A DNA stretch of 64,000 nt, taken from assembly GCA_963721685.1 (NCBI GenBank), contig CAVRJJ010000001.1:4555-68554 (forward strand), written 5' to 3'. Positions within the stretch are counted from its first letter, which is position 1; each line of letters starts with the position of its first letter. The translations under genes were made by a program, and so were the position numbers. Under the pieces are notes generated by a model that was given only the letters and a program-made list of their open reading frames with translations, had not been told where the DNA came from and ran no database searches. Shown here piece by piece: positions 18,685-27,945 of the stretch. The stretch comes from an uncultured bacterium (GTDB lineage Bacteria > Patescibacteriota > Saccharimonadia > UBA4664 > SCTI01).

Positions 18685-19818
18685 GTGAGAAACATATCTT
18701 TTAGTACGTGGCGCGAGAAGCGGTGGGTTAATATCCTCATCGCGTTAAGTATTGGCCTATTAAGTTTATCAAGTTTCTCTTCAGCCTTTGCCGCCGGCAA
18801 TTTAACCCAAGCTAGCGCCACACTAAGCGATCCTCGGCCCGAAGCTACAGCAGCCAGCGTAACCTATGGGATCAGCTGGCAGACGGCAACCACTGCCACA
18901 TTGCGCTGTTTTACCTATCGCTGGAGCACTTCGGCGAACGCCGGCCAGGGTGTCACCCCTACAGGGTTTTCTAACGCGGCAGCCACAAATGGTACTTTTA
19001 CAAACTTAACGGCAGCAAACTGGACTATTGATAATACTACCTCCGGTACCGTTGAAAATACCTACGCCACAGGAGCATCGGTTCCAGCGGGTACTCAAAT
19101 AACCACACCAATTCAATCACTGACAAACCCGACGGCACCCGCAGGCGGAACCTACTATATTGAAATCAACACTTACAGCGATGCCGGATGTGGAACCCTG
19201 GTAGATAGTACGGTAATTGGATTCGTTACGGTTCCCGGGGTATTGGTAAGTGCAGTCGTTGATTCAACCCTTAGCTTTACCGTAGCTGGTGTCCCTGTTT
19301 CAACAGTCTACAAGGGTGGCCTATCAACTGCTGACCGTTGTACCGATACTGCCACTGCGGTAACCTTTGGTAGTCCCAGCCAGCCACTGGCGCTTGATAC
19401 TAACTATGACTGCGCCCAAACCTTAACCACCAGCACCAACTCCAACGGCGGGTATCAGGTAACCGTGCAGGGCAAGCAAACCTCAGGAGATTTCCTGCAC
19501 CTACTAAGCAATCCAACTCAAACTATTACTAACTGGACTGGCACCAACGCTTCTCCTACCGCTACCCCACTCAGTGGATCCAGCGAAGTGTTTGGGTATA
19601 CAACATCCGATAGCGTTCTTTCACCAACATCCAACCGCTTTACCGTTACCGACAATTTGTTTGCCGGCCTAACTACAACTCCGGCAGAGGTTGCATACAA
19701 TGCCACGGCAATCGCCAATGACTCTGCGAATGTGGGGTACCGCCTGCGCTTCACCGGTGTGACAGAAGCTGGTACTTATCAAGGAACCCTCGTTTACACC
19801 TGCACCCCTGTATTCTAA
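18685..19818 (+). CDS. secreted Thr/Ser-rich beta protein, WxL/pilin-like subunit A
   Basis: Signal peptide (..SAFA), LSDPRP start of mature chain, C-terminal AGTYQGTLVYTCTPVF; GTG start with AAGGAG. Confidence 0.7.
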   Translation: MRNISFSTWREKRWVNILIALSIGLLSLSSFSSAFAAGNLTQASATLSDPRPEATAASVTYGISWQTATTATLRCFTYRWSTSANAGQGVTPTGFSNAAATNGTFTNLTAANWTIDNTTSGTVENTYATGASVPAGTQITTPIQSLTNPTAPAGGTYYIEINTYSDAGCGTLVDSTVIGFVTVPGVLVSAVVDSTLSFTVAGVPVSTVYKGGLSTADRCTDTATAVTFGSPSQPLALDTNYDCAQTLTTSTNSNGGYQVTVQGKQTSGDFLHLLSNPTQTITNWTGTNASPTATPLSGSSEVFGYTTSDSVLSPTSNRFTVTDNLFAGLTTTPAEVAYNATAIANDSANVGYRLRFTGVTEAGTYQGTLVYTCTPVF

Positions 19819-19829
19819 GCACAAGCGTA

Positions 19830-19858
19830 TTGACCAGGTGTAGCCTATCTGGTAATGT
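19830..19858 (+). promoter_or_regulatory. internal sigma70 promoter candidate
   Basis: TTGACC-17 nt-TAATGT upstream of the second subunit gene. Confidence 0.45.
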
Positions 19859-19896
19859 GGTTATGACAGTTAATTAAAAACAAAAACCTACAATCT

Positions 19897-20997
19897 ATGA
19901 AAAGTGGCCGCCCTACATTCAAAGCTCGCGCTCATGCCGTAATAGCTCTAGCCTTTGCCATAGGCGCGAGCAAGGTACTGTGGATGGCTACCGTTGCCTA
20001 CGCCGGCTCCTTGTCAACTGCCAGCATCCAACTATCTGATCCCCGCCCGGCCCAAAGCGGGACAACCTATACCTTAAACTTTACCGTTGGCAGCTCAACA
20101 TTGCTAAAATCGTTCAGGGCTCAAATGTGCACCACGCAGTCGGGAGGATGCACTACGCCGGCTGGTTTTTCGGCAGCATCGGCCACCCTTGCCAACCAAC
20201 CAACAGGATTTGGTGACTCCAGCGGATGGAGCAGTGACCCAGTTACGGGGTCACTGCAAATGGTAAAAGCCGGAAATACAGCCACCCCCAGTGGCAACCA
20301 GGAAATTAGTTTTAGCAGCGTCACCAACCCGGCCAATGAAGCGACGTACTTTATGCGTCTCACCACCTATTCTGACGCGAACTATACCGATTCAGTAGAT
20401 AGCGGCGTGGTTGCATTAGTGATTGTCCCGGGGATCACCGTTAGCGCTACGGTAGACCCCACCCTTAACTTCGCGGTTACGGGATTGCCTGTCTCGACAA
20501 TCTACAAGGGCGCTTTGAGTACAGCTGACCGCTGCATAAATAGCGCGACCTCGATTACCTTTGGATCACCGCTGCAGCCGCTAGCGCCCAACACCGACTA
20601 CGACTGCGGCCAGTCGCTGACTACTAGTACCAATGGTATAGGCGGATATCAGGTGACCGTCCACACCGTTGACCCTGGCAGTACAATGAAAAACGGCCCG
20701 TCCTCAATCCCGGACTGGATGGGGACGAATGCCAGCCCGGCAGCCACTCCTGCAGGCAGTAACGAGCTTTTCGCATATACCACCAATGATTCCAGTTTGA
20801 GCGGTACCGCGAACCGTTTTTCAAACAGCGACAACCTCTTTGCCGGTTTAAGCAATACGCCGGCCGAGGTTGCCTACAATACATCAACCATTGCAAATGA
20901 CACCGTTAACGTCGCCTACCGGTTAAGGTTCACTTTTTTATCCGCGGCAGGCACATATACGGGGAAAGTAGTTTACACGTGCACCGCAACCTTCTAG
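19897..20997 (+). CDS. secreted WxL/pilin-like subunit B (paralog of 18685-19818)
   Basis: Shares LSDPRP, STADRC, YDC.Q.LTTSTN, DNLFAGL and PAEVAYN with subunit A; ends AGTYTGKVVYTCTATF. Confidence 0.7.
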   Translation: MKSGRPTFKARAHAVIALAFAIGASKVLWMATVAYAGSLSTASIQLSDPRPAQSGTTYTLNFTVGSSTLLKSFRAQMCTTQSGGCTTPAGFSAASATLANQPTGFGDSSGWSSDPVTGSLQMVKAGNTATPSGNQEISFSSVTNPANEATYFMRLTTYSDANYTDSVDSGVVALVIVPGITVSATVDPTLNFAVTGLPVSTIYKGALSTADRCINSATSITFGSPLQPLAPNTDYDCGQSLTTSTNGIGGYQVTVHTVDPGSTMKNGPSSIPDWMGTNASPAATPAGSNELFAYTTNDSSLSGTANRFSNSDNLFAGLSNTPAEVAYNTSTIANDTVNVAYRLRFTFLSAAGTYTGKVVYTCTATF

Positions 20998-21024
20998 AAT
21001 AGATAGCATAACCATTATGGAACT

Positions 21025-22038
21025 ATGATCCGAAACATTGCTCGTCTTTTAACCGCGGTTATTGCAGTTGGTGGTCTCGCGCTTTTTCATCAGGCGGAAG
21101 CCGCGGTCTCGCAGGGCCTGACGGTATCACCCCCAACCTACGAACTCACCGCCAATCCAGGGGACGTGTTAAGCAACACTATCCGAATCACTAATGAGTC
21201 GGATAACGCGGTTACCCTACAGGTAAGCGCCCAAGACTTTACGGTGGGAGGTGTCGAAGGCTCAGTTTCGGTACTAGATGATATAAAAGACCCCAACGCT
21301 TTCGCGAAGTGGTTTCGTTTCCCCACCACCCAGGTCCAGTTAGCGCCAAAACAATCAGCCCTCGTGCCGTTTACCATCCAGGTTCCGCGCCAAGCGGAGC
21401 CGGGAGGCCACTTCGCAAGCGTCCTCTTTAACCCAGTGGTAAGCGCTAACGCGACTTCTACTGGTGCCCGGGTAATCCAACGGGTTGGCTCTCTAATACT
21501 AATGCGTGTTAGCGGCGATGTGAAAGAACAGGGAAGTATAAAATCGTTTGAGCCTAAAACCTTTAAAGGGTCGTGGCAAACGGTAACCGCCTCTGACGGC
21601 AAAACCAAAATCTATCTAGCTAGCGCTGAAGATTTGCGTAGCGAGCAGAAACGCCGTTTCTTTAGTAAGGGGCCGATTGCCTTTGATGTCCTCTTTAAAA
21701 ATTCCGGGAACGTCCATTTTAAGCCTGCTGGGACCGTTACTATTTATAATATTTTTGGTAAAAAGGTTGACCAGCTTGCCCTTAACCCCCGGAATGTGTT
21801 TCCCGGCGGGGAGCGGCGAATTACCGTGATATGGCCGAAAACCGACCTATGGGGTGGGTATTACCGGGCGCAGGTGGCAGCTGTATATGGGTCACAGAAC
21901 AAAATTGTGACCGCTGAAGCCAAGTTTTTCGCGTTCCCGCTGATTCCGCTCCTGATAGGCCTAGCTGCCCTGATTTTGATCGTCGTACTGCGTCGTCGCT
22001 TGATTAACGCAGCTCGAGTGCTCATTAGAGGGCGCTAA
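21025..22038 (+). CDS. DUF916-like (WxL-interacting / chaperone-like) protein with C-terminal TM
   Basis: Signal peptide, VSPP..EL..NPG, F.I.VP..AEPGGH, F.N.GNVH..P.G...I.N.FG, C-terminal TM plus RRR. Confidence 0.7.
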   Translation: MIRNIARLLTAVIAVGGLALFHQAEAAVSQGLTVSPPTYELTANPGDVLSNTIRITNESDNAVTLQVSAQDFTVGGVEGSVSVLDDIKDPNAFAKWFRFPTTQVQLAPKQSALVPFTIQVPRQAEPGGHFASVLFNPVVSANATSTGARVIQRVGSLILMRVSGDVKEQGSIKSFEPKTFKGSWQTVTASDGKTKIYLASAEDLRSEQKRRFFSKGPIAFDVLFKNSGNVHFKPAGTVTIYNIFGKKVDQLALNPRNVFPGGERRITVIWPKTDLWGGYYRAQVAAVYGSQNKIVTAEAKFFAFPLIPLLIGLAALILIVVLRRRLINAARVLIRGR

Positions 22039-22856
22039 TGTCCACGTGGGGGAGGATGCTACCCTTCGTTCTGCTGACAGGCCTGCTCTTTCACCTGGGC
22101 ACCCCTGCTCCTTTGCACGCGGTCGCCGCGGAGTCTGAGCTTGGCGCAGAGCTCCCCATCCAAACTGGGGGCATTCGTTTCCTGGGAGAAGCATCACCGG
22201 GAGCGCTGGTGACCTTTGAGCGTAATGGCGCCGTTATTGGCACTCAGGCAGCCCTAAGTGATAGCTCCTTTGACGCGACTTTTACTACCGAACCACTAGG
22301 CAGCGCTACCTACAGTATTAAGGCAACCGACCTTCATAGCCGCGATACCGCGGAAATAAGCTCAATTGCCACGATATTACCGGCCTTTACCACCACGCTC
22401 AGCGGCTACCTGCTGCCGACTACTTTTAGCGTGAGCTTCAATCCCATAAAACGCCCGCGGGCCCAGGTGATTGACGGGACTGCCCGTCATAATTCGGTGG
22501 TAACAACGTTGTGGAGCGGCTCAAAGTATAGCGACACCTTTACTACCCAGGCCACAACCGGAGCCAACGGCGACTGGACAGGAAGTTCGAACCAGACCCT
22601 CCATCTTGGAACCTATACTACTAGCGCCGTGGTGCAAGCACCTGGTGGGGCCCTAAGCCCTCAAACCCCCGACGCAAGCTTCCAGGTGGTATTATCGGCC
22701 GACCTGAATAATGACACAAAGGTAAACCTGACAGACTTCTCAATTTTAATGTTTTTCTACCTTCAGACGAATATCAATAAGCCTGCCGATATTAATGACG
22801 ACACGAAGACTAATCTAACGGATTTCTCAATAATGCTGTTCTTTTGGACAGGATAA
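22038..22856 (+). CDS. secreted Ig-like protein with C-terminal dockerin-type duplicated Ca-binding repeat
   Basis: ADLNNDTKVNLTDFSILM ... ADINDDTKTNLTDFSIML at the C-terminus. Confidence 0.75.
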   Translation: MSTWGRMLPFVLLTGLLFHLGTPAPLHAVAAESELGAELPIQTGGIRFLGEASPGALVTFERNGAVIGTQAALSDSSFDATFTTEPLGSATYSIKATDLHSRDTAEISSIATILPAFTTTLSGYLLPTTFSVSFNPIKRPRAQVIDGTARHNSVVTTLWSGSKYSDTFTTQATTGANGDWTGSSNQTLHLGTYTTSAVVQAPGGALSPQTPDASFQVVLSADLNNDTKVNLTDFSILMFFYLQTNINKPADINDDTKTNLTDFSIMLFFWTG

Positions 22857-22895
22857 AGGTATTATAAACATAAGCGTTTTTAAACATACAAGGTT

Positions 22896-23429
22896 ATGGA
22901 CCAAAACGAAACAAAAATAAAAACTGCATCAGCGCCATTGCGAATTATCAGCTTACTTTTAGTGGTGGCTGTTCTAGGCATTGGCACGCTGGCCTTTTTT
23001 CTTACCAGGGCAGCTCCCCCTAAGGCAAGTATTGGGACTTCCGGTGTAATTACCGAAGATAAGCATCAAGTAAGAGTGCCAATTATAATCGATACGGCAA
23101 ACCAAACGATGAACGCGGCTGAGATTCACCTTACCTTTGATCCCCGACAAGTTGAGGTAGTTGGGGTCGGCAAGGAGAAGTCCTTGATAAAGCTCTGGAT
23201 AACCGACCAACCGAGCTTTTCCAACGCCGCAGGGACTATTAGCTTTGCCGGAGGTGTTATGAACCCTGGCTTTAAGGGAAAGGGCCAAGTGGGGACGGTG
23301 ACGCTGCGATCCAAGGACCCTCTTTCAACCGAGCTACGCTTCGCTAACGGAACCCAAATTCTTTTGAATGATGGCAAAGGAACGGCCGTCCCGCTCGAAT
23401 TAGCGCCCATAAAGGTGACAATCCCGTGA
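22896..23429 (+). CDS. membrane-anchored cohesin-domain protein
   Basis: N-terminal TM; V.IIIDT....NAAEI.L.FDP..VEV, GTISFAGG..NPGF.G, ILLNDGKGT. Confidence 0.7.
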   Translation: MDQNETKIKTASAPLRIISLLLVVAVLGIGTLAFFLTRAAPPKASIGTSGVITEDKHQVRVPIIIDTANQTMNAAEIHLTFDPRQVEVVGVGKEKSLIKLWITDQPSFSNAAGTISFAGGVMNPGFKGKGQVGTVTLRSKDPLSTELRFANGTQILLNDGKGTAVPLELAPIKVTIP

Positions 23430-25093
23430 AACACCTTGTTTACATGCTTCAGGCAGCCGTCTTGGCCGCTTCAGGTGTTTTAATCGCAGCTTCTCATCAA
23501 CCGGTGCAGGCAGCCGGCGGTGCCAGCTTCTACGCCGCTCCTGAAAGAACAAGCTATCAAGTTGGGGATGTGGTTAGGGTCGCTGTTCTCATTAACTCCG
23601 CCGGGCAGGCCGTTAACGCCGGTGAAGCGACCGTTACCTGGAGCCCGGGCCTCCAATACTCCTTTGTGTCAACCGCTAGCTCAATTTTTACCACCTGGAC
23701 CAGCGGGGGCGGAGCCGGGCCGGTGGGGTCGGCCGGCTCAGTTTATTTTTCCGGCGGCTTATCCAACCCCGGCTACAATGGCACCGCGGGCCGCGTGGTT
23801 ACGGTTATTTTCAACGCTACGCAGCCAGGAACCTTTAATGTCAATATTGCCGGTTCGCAAATTCTAGCCAATGACGGAATGGGAACTAACATTTTATGCT
23901 GTTCAACCGGCACAAGTTTTACCGTGGGCGCCAAGGCTCCTCCACAGCCGCTGATTTCGGTGTTTTCCAAAACCCACCCCAATCAAAGCCAGTGGTATAA
24001 AACCCATATCGTAAACCTCAACTGGTACGCAACAACCGCTATAGGGAACTACTCCTATAAGTTTGATAAAAGCCCTACCGGCAATCCAACCGCGCCCAAT
24101 AACGCTACCATCCAAACATCACAATCACTCAATGACGGCTTATGGTATTTTCACCTCAAAGGGGCGAACGCTTCGGGAAGCGCTACCATCCACTTTGCAA
24201 TTCGGATAGACTCGACAGCTCCGACGGCTTTTACGGTTACGCCCGATGCGACCAATGACCCGTCAAACCCCTCACCTAAGTTCAATTTCAGCGCGACCGA
24301 CACAACCTCTGGGATTGCCCACTATACTGCCAGTATTGATGGCGGCGCGGCGTTCCCGCTCGCTTCAGGCGGGGCTATCCCTAAGCAAAAACCGGGAGAA
24401 CACGTTATCGCGGTAACTGCCCATGACCGAGCTGGCAATACCACCGAGGCAAGCGCTAAGTTTAAGATCAGCGGCATAAAGCCACCAGCCATTCTTGGTG
24501 GTCCAATATCGCTGGTGGTAAATAAACCCATGAAGTTTGTCGGGCAATCATCGGCTACCGATACTATCCACGTTTATTTGAACGGGAAACAAATAGAAGA
24601 ATTTGTGGCTCGGACCAAGCAGGTTGCCAAAACGAAAAGCAAAGGGGGCGGAGGATTCCCCGATGGCATTACCTGGGAGTACACCTACCACCCGGAACCA
24701 ATTCCCGACACCTACAAAATTTATTTCAGCCGCACCACCACGCTTGGAGCCGAAAGCGAACCCAGTAAAGAACGCTCCGTCACCATTACCGCTACCGCTG
24801 CTCAAAAGCCGGAGAAAAAGCCCTTTGTGGTGGATACGGGACTCTTAATTCTGCTGCTGATTATCCTGCTGATTATCCTGGATGTCATTTTCTTCACGGC
24901 TTGGCGTTATTACGCTCATCTTCTTCATCGGACAAAAGGCAGGCCCGTGCCCGATCCGCTTCATGAAGCCTTAAAAGCGGTAGCGACATGGCGCCCTTTC
25001 GGTTGGTTGATAAGAGGGACGATCAAAGCTGAGCGCGGTTTTATCCAATTGGGGCCCGCAAAGCACACCTTACCCAACTCCAACAAGCACTAA
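23426..25093 (+). CDS. cohesin + Ig-like repeat surface protein with C-terminal TM
   Basis: Signal peptide, cohesin (NAGEA, FSGG..NPGY.G, ILANDG.GT), THPNQ..WY, IDSTAP, D.AGN, hydrophobic LLILLLIILLIIL anchor. Confidence 0.7.
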   Translation: MKHLVYMLQAAVLAASGVLIAASHQPVQAAGGASFYAAPERTSYQVGDVVRVAVLINSAGQAVNAGEATVTWSPGLQYSFVSTASSIFTTWTSGGGAGPVGSAGSVYFSGGLSNPGYNGTAGRVVTVIFNATQPGTFNVNIAGSQILANDGMGTNILCCSTGTSFTVGAKAPPQPLISVFSKTHPNQSQWYKTHIVNLNWYATTAIGNYSYKFDKSPTGNPTAPNNATIQTSQSLNDGLWYFHLKGANASGSATIHFAIRIDSTAPTAFTVTPDATNDPSNPSPKFNFSATDTTSGIAHYTASIDGGAAFPLASGGAIPKQKPGEHVIAVTAHDRAGNTTEASAKFKISGIKPPAILGGPISLVVNKPMKFVGQSSATDTIHVYLNGKQIEEFVARTKQVAKTKSKGGGGFPDGITWEYTYHPEPIPDTYKIYFSRTTTLGAESEPSKERSVTITATAAQKPEKKPFVVDTGLLILLLIILLIILDVIFFTAWRYYAHLLHRTKGRPVPDPLHEALKAVATWRPFGWLIRGTIKAERGFIQLGPAKHTLPNSNKH

Positions 25094-25193
25094 CATTATC
25101 TAAGAGATTCTCCAGATTATTTGGGGCATTTTGGCAAACCGCCGATGTATTCAGCCTTACTCCCGAGTACACTGGCGGTAAAGGGGAATTGCT

Positions 25194-25628
25194 ATGAACC
25201 AGATGCGTATAACCAAAATAAAACCGCTGACATTAGCGTTATTTGAAGGGACATTGGGTCTGGCGCTTGGTGTGGTTTTGGCAGTCGCGGTATTTTTTGA
25301 AAGCGCCGCGCTTCAAACGTCTCTTACGAGCAATCTCTTGCAAGGCTTAATTTTTGGCCTAAGTGTTAGTTTATTAACACTTTTGCTTGTTCCGGCAGTG
25401 TATTTTGCCATTGGTTTCGTTGTGGGATACCTTCACGCTTGGTTGTTTAACGCGGTCGCTAGAGGCATTAAAGCTGCAGATGTCAGTATGGTAGATGAAC
25501 CCGTTGCTTCTCCCGCTAGCCCTCTTACTGCGCGGCAGCGATCGCTTGGTTTTGGAGAGCGTCTTCCAGGGCGTCCTCATCAAACTAGTACCATAAGAGG
25601 GCGAAATCGTGGCGGCCAAATACGGTAA
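25194..25628 (+). CDS. hypothetical membrane protein (DUF3566-like)
   Basis: MRITKIKP.., two long TMs, AWLFNAVA. Confidence 0.55.
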   Translation: MNQMRITKIKPLTLALFEGTLGLALGVVLAVAVFFESAALQTSLTSNLLQGLIFGLSVSLLTLLLVPAVYFAIGFVVGYLHAWLFNAVARGIKAADVSMVDEPVASPASPLTARQRSLGFGERLPGRPHQTSTIRGRNRGGQIR

Positions 25629-25771
25629 AAAAGCTCAAGAAAAAGTGGCCGAAAACTTGCATGATGAATAAGCATGAGAGGAAGCTTAAGAACCGTAAAC
25701 AGGCAATCGCCGCTGGCTTAAATCAAGCCAGGCAAGCCGGAGGGAAAGTGCCGAGCAAGAACAGCAAATAG
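25609..25771 (+). pseudogene. frameshifted DUF6496-like small basic protein
   Basis: GTG 25609 gives MAAKYGKKAQEKVAENLHDE*; the +1 frame continues KLKNRKQAIAAGLNQARQAGGKVPSKNSK* (TAG 25769-25771). Confidence 0.6.
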
Positions 25772-25845
25772 CCTGTGAGGTTGTTGACATATAGTTGTTT
25801 GTATGATAGAGTTTAAAAATTCTATTAAATAATATATGTGGAGAT

Positions 25846-26052
25846 ATGTCAATGACTAACCAAGGTGGACTGGGTGGCGGCGTTACGTCATCTATTACTG
25901 GAACTATCGCTGGCGTTGGTGGTGGAGCGGTTTTACTGCCCCAGACTGGTGGAAGCTTTGTGCTGACAGCCCTCGTTATTGGGGCCATCGCGCTTACCGC
26001 TATGCTTGCGAGTATGTTGGTTTCTAAAACGTTACGCAAAACGATTAGTTAG
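25846..26052 (+). CDS. 68-aa Gly/Thr-rich micro-protein with LPQTG sorting signal
   Basis: LPQTGG followed by a hydrophobic helix and KTLRK tail; GGAG RBS; TTGACA upstream. Confidence 0.65.
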   Translation: MSMTNQGGLGGGVTSSITGTIAGVGGGAVLLPQTGGSFVLTALVIGAIALTAMLASMLVSKTLRKTIS

Positions 26053-26098
26053 TTTCGCGTAACACAATTACACCTGGCAGCATGACTTTAATATTGTC

Positions 26099-27337
26099 GT
26101 GGATCTTCTCTATGCCTTTGGGCTCTTTATCTTTTCAGTAAGTATGCTCAATCTAATAAGGATTAGCGTATTTTCAATCCTCGCGGATTGGTATGACCTG
26201 AAGCGCCACCGTTTGCGGAAAAAAAGCGCTTATCGCCCTTTTATCTCAGTTATTATTCCAGCCCACAACGAGCGGGCGGTTTTAGAGCGCTGTCTTACAT
26301 CTGTGTATAAAAGTAATTATTCTCGTTTTGAAGTAATTGTAGTCGATGACGGTTCAACTGATACAACAGCTTGTTTTGGGCATTATTTGCGCCGCAAACA
26401 CGATTTTAAGAATTTACGAATCATACGAAATGTAAAAAATGGTGGCAAGGCTTCGGCGATCAATTACGGGGTCATGAGATATGCAAAGGGTAACATTATG
26501 GTCGCCATGGACGCTGACTGCGAGTTAGATCCTCAGGCACTCGCGCTTGGAGTGCAGTATTTCAGGAACCGGGAAATAAATGCAGTGGCGTCGAATGTGA
26601 AAGTTATGAGAGGGGCAGGGGTTCTCGGGGTTACCCAGCTGCTCGAATACATGCTGGCATATCGCTTAAAAAAAGCCCATAGTGTTTTGAACATTGAATA
26701 CTTGGCGGGTTGCACGTCTTTCTTCCGCATATCGGCGGTAAAGAGAGCAGGGTTTTATGATGAAGATACCATTGCCGAAGATTTTGATTTCAGCTTGAAA
26801 CTGATTCGAAATGTTAAGGGTAAGATTTACTACGCGGACGACGTTATTTGTTACACCGAAGGGGTGATATCAACTAAGGATCTGTATAGGCAAAGGTATC
26901 GATGGCGCTTTGGTAGTTTTCAAGCTTTTTATAAGAACAAAAATATGTTCTTCAACCGCAAGGAAGGGCTAAATAAATTTTTAACTTTTGCCCTGCTACC
27001 GTGGCTTCTGTTTTGCGAGCTGCTATTTTTATTTGAACCATTACTGGTGGGCAGTATGCTTTTTTACGCGTTTCTCTACCACTCTCTGGTGGGAATTGAG
27101 TATGGGTTTGCGCTTTACGCCTCGCTTACATCCATTGCCATTTTAGCCGATGACTTCATTACCCTGCGGGATAAAATTAAGCTCCTGCTTATTGCACCCT
27201 TTGCCTACATATTATTTATGATTATTAATTATGTGGGTTACGCTAGCTTGGTGAAAAGTCTTGTGAAGAGTCGAGGAATTATAAACCCAGCTCGTTCAGC
27301 CGCGGGCTGGATCTCGCCAGCTAGGTCAGTTAAGTAA
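26099..27337 (+). CDS. processive GT2 glycosyltransferase (PNAG/cellulose synthase-like)
   Basis: IIPAHNE, DDGSTD, GKA.A.N, DAD, AED, QRYRW; N- and C-terminal TMs. Confidence 0.88.
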   Translation: MDLLYAFGLFIFSVSMLNLIRISVFSILADWYDLKRHRLRKKSAYRPFISVIIPAHNERAVLERCLTSVYKSNYSRFEVIVVDDGSTDTTACFGHYLRRKHDFKNLRIIRNVKNGGKASAINYGVMRYAKGNIMVAMDADCELDPQALALGVQYFRNREINAVASNVKVMRGAGVLGVTQLLEYMLAYRLKKAHSVLNIEYLAGCTSFFRISAVKRAGFYDEDTIAEDFDFSLKLIRNVKGKIYYADDVICYTEGVISTKDLYRQRYRWRFGSFQAFYKNKNMFFNRKEGLNKFLTFALLPWLLFCELLFLFEPLLVGSMLFYAFLYHSLVGIEYGFALYASLTSIAILADDFITLRDKIKLLLIAPFAYILFMIINYVGYASLVKSLVKSRGIINPARSAAGWISPARSVK

Positions 27338-27405
27338 TCTTAGGTATGTGCTCACTTAATTTGAATGCTTTGGGCTAATCACCTAAATGCCGCTACAATA
27401 TCTCT

Positions 27406-27945
27406 ATGGCAACCAAACCTACCATCATTAGTGACGCGGCGATTGCAAAGGCTACCGGCGAACCTTGGGCTCACTGGTTCGAGGTCTTAACAAAGAATCA
27501 CGCTGAAGAGATGCCGCATAAGGAAATTGCCCGCTGGTTGAGCGAGGAGAAAGGTGTGCCGCCCTGGTGGTGTCAAATGTTAACGGTTCGGTTTGAACAA
27601 GAGATTGGCCGGCGCAAGCCTGGGGAGATTGCAAACGGGCAGTATAGCGTTGGCGTTTCAGTGACCCGGGCGGGCTCCATTGATGAGGTTTTGGCTTGGT
27701 GGATGGAAAGGGTTGCGTTACTATCGGCGTTTAACGGAGTGGACTGGGTGGGCGAACCCAAGCAAACTAAGACAGACAAATGGCGTTACTGGAAGGTTAA
27801 GCTGGCTGACGGTTCGCCGGTGCTGGTTAACATTTATGAAAAAGCGCCCGGTAAAAGCGGAGTTCAAGTGGCGCAAGAAAAGTTAAAAGATGCCGAAGCG
27901 GTTGAACGCTGGCGTTCTTATTGGAAAGACTTTTTACAGCGATGA
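27406..27945 (+). CDS. hypothetical protein (DUF4287-like N-terminus)
   Basis: IAKATG..W..W, HKEIARWL...GV..WW.Q; C-terminal ERWRSYW. Confidence 0.55.
   Translation: MATKPTIISDAAIAKATGEPWAHWFEVLTKNHAEEMPHKEIARWLSEEKGVPPWWCQMLTVRFEQEIGRRKPGEIANGQYSVGVSVTRAGSIDEVLAWWMERVALLSAFNGVDWVGEPKQTKTDKWRYWKVKLADGSPVLVNIYEKAPGKSGVQVAQEKLKDAEAVERWRSYWKDFLQR

Noticed and set aside
19200-20997. Long similar segments suggesting a DGR template/variable repeat pair
   Set aside because: Differences are not adenine-specific, both copies are coding paralogs, and no reverse transcriptase is present
22038-25093. Cellulosome interpretation of the cohesin/dockerin genes
   Set aside because: No glycoside hydrolase or CBM3 motifs and no multi-cohesin scaffoldin are visible
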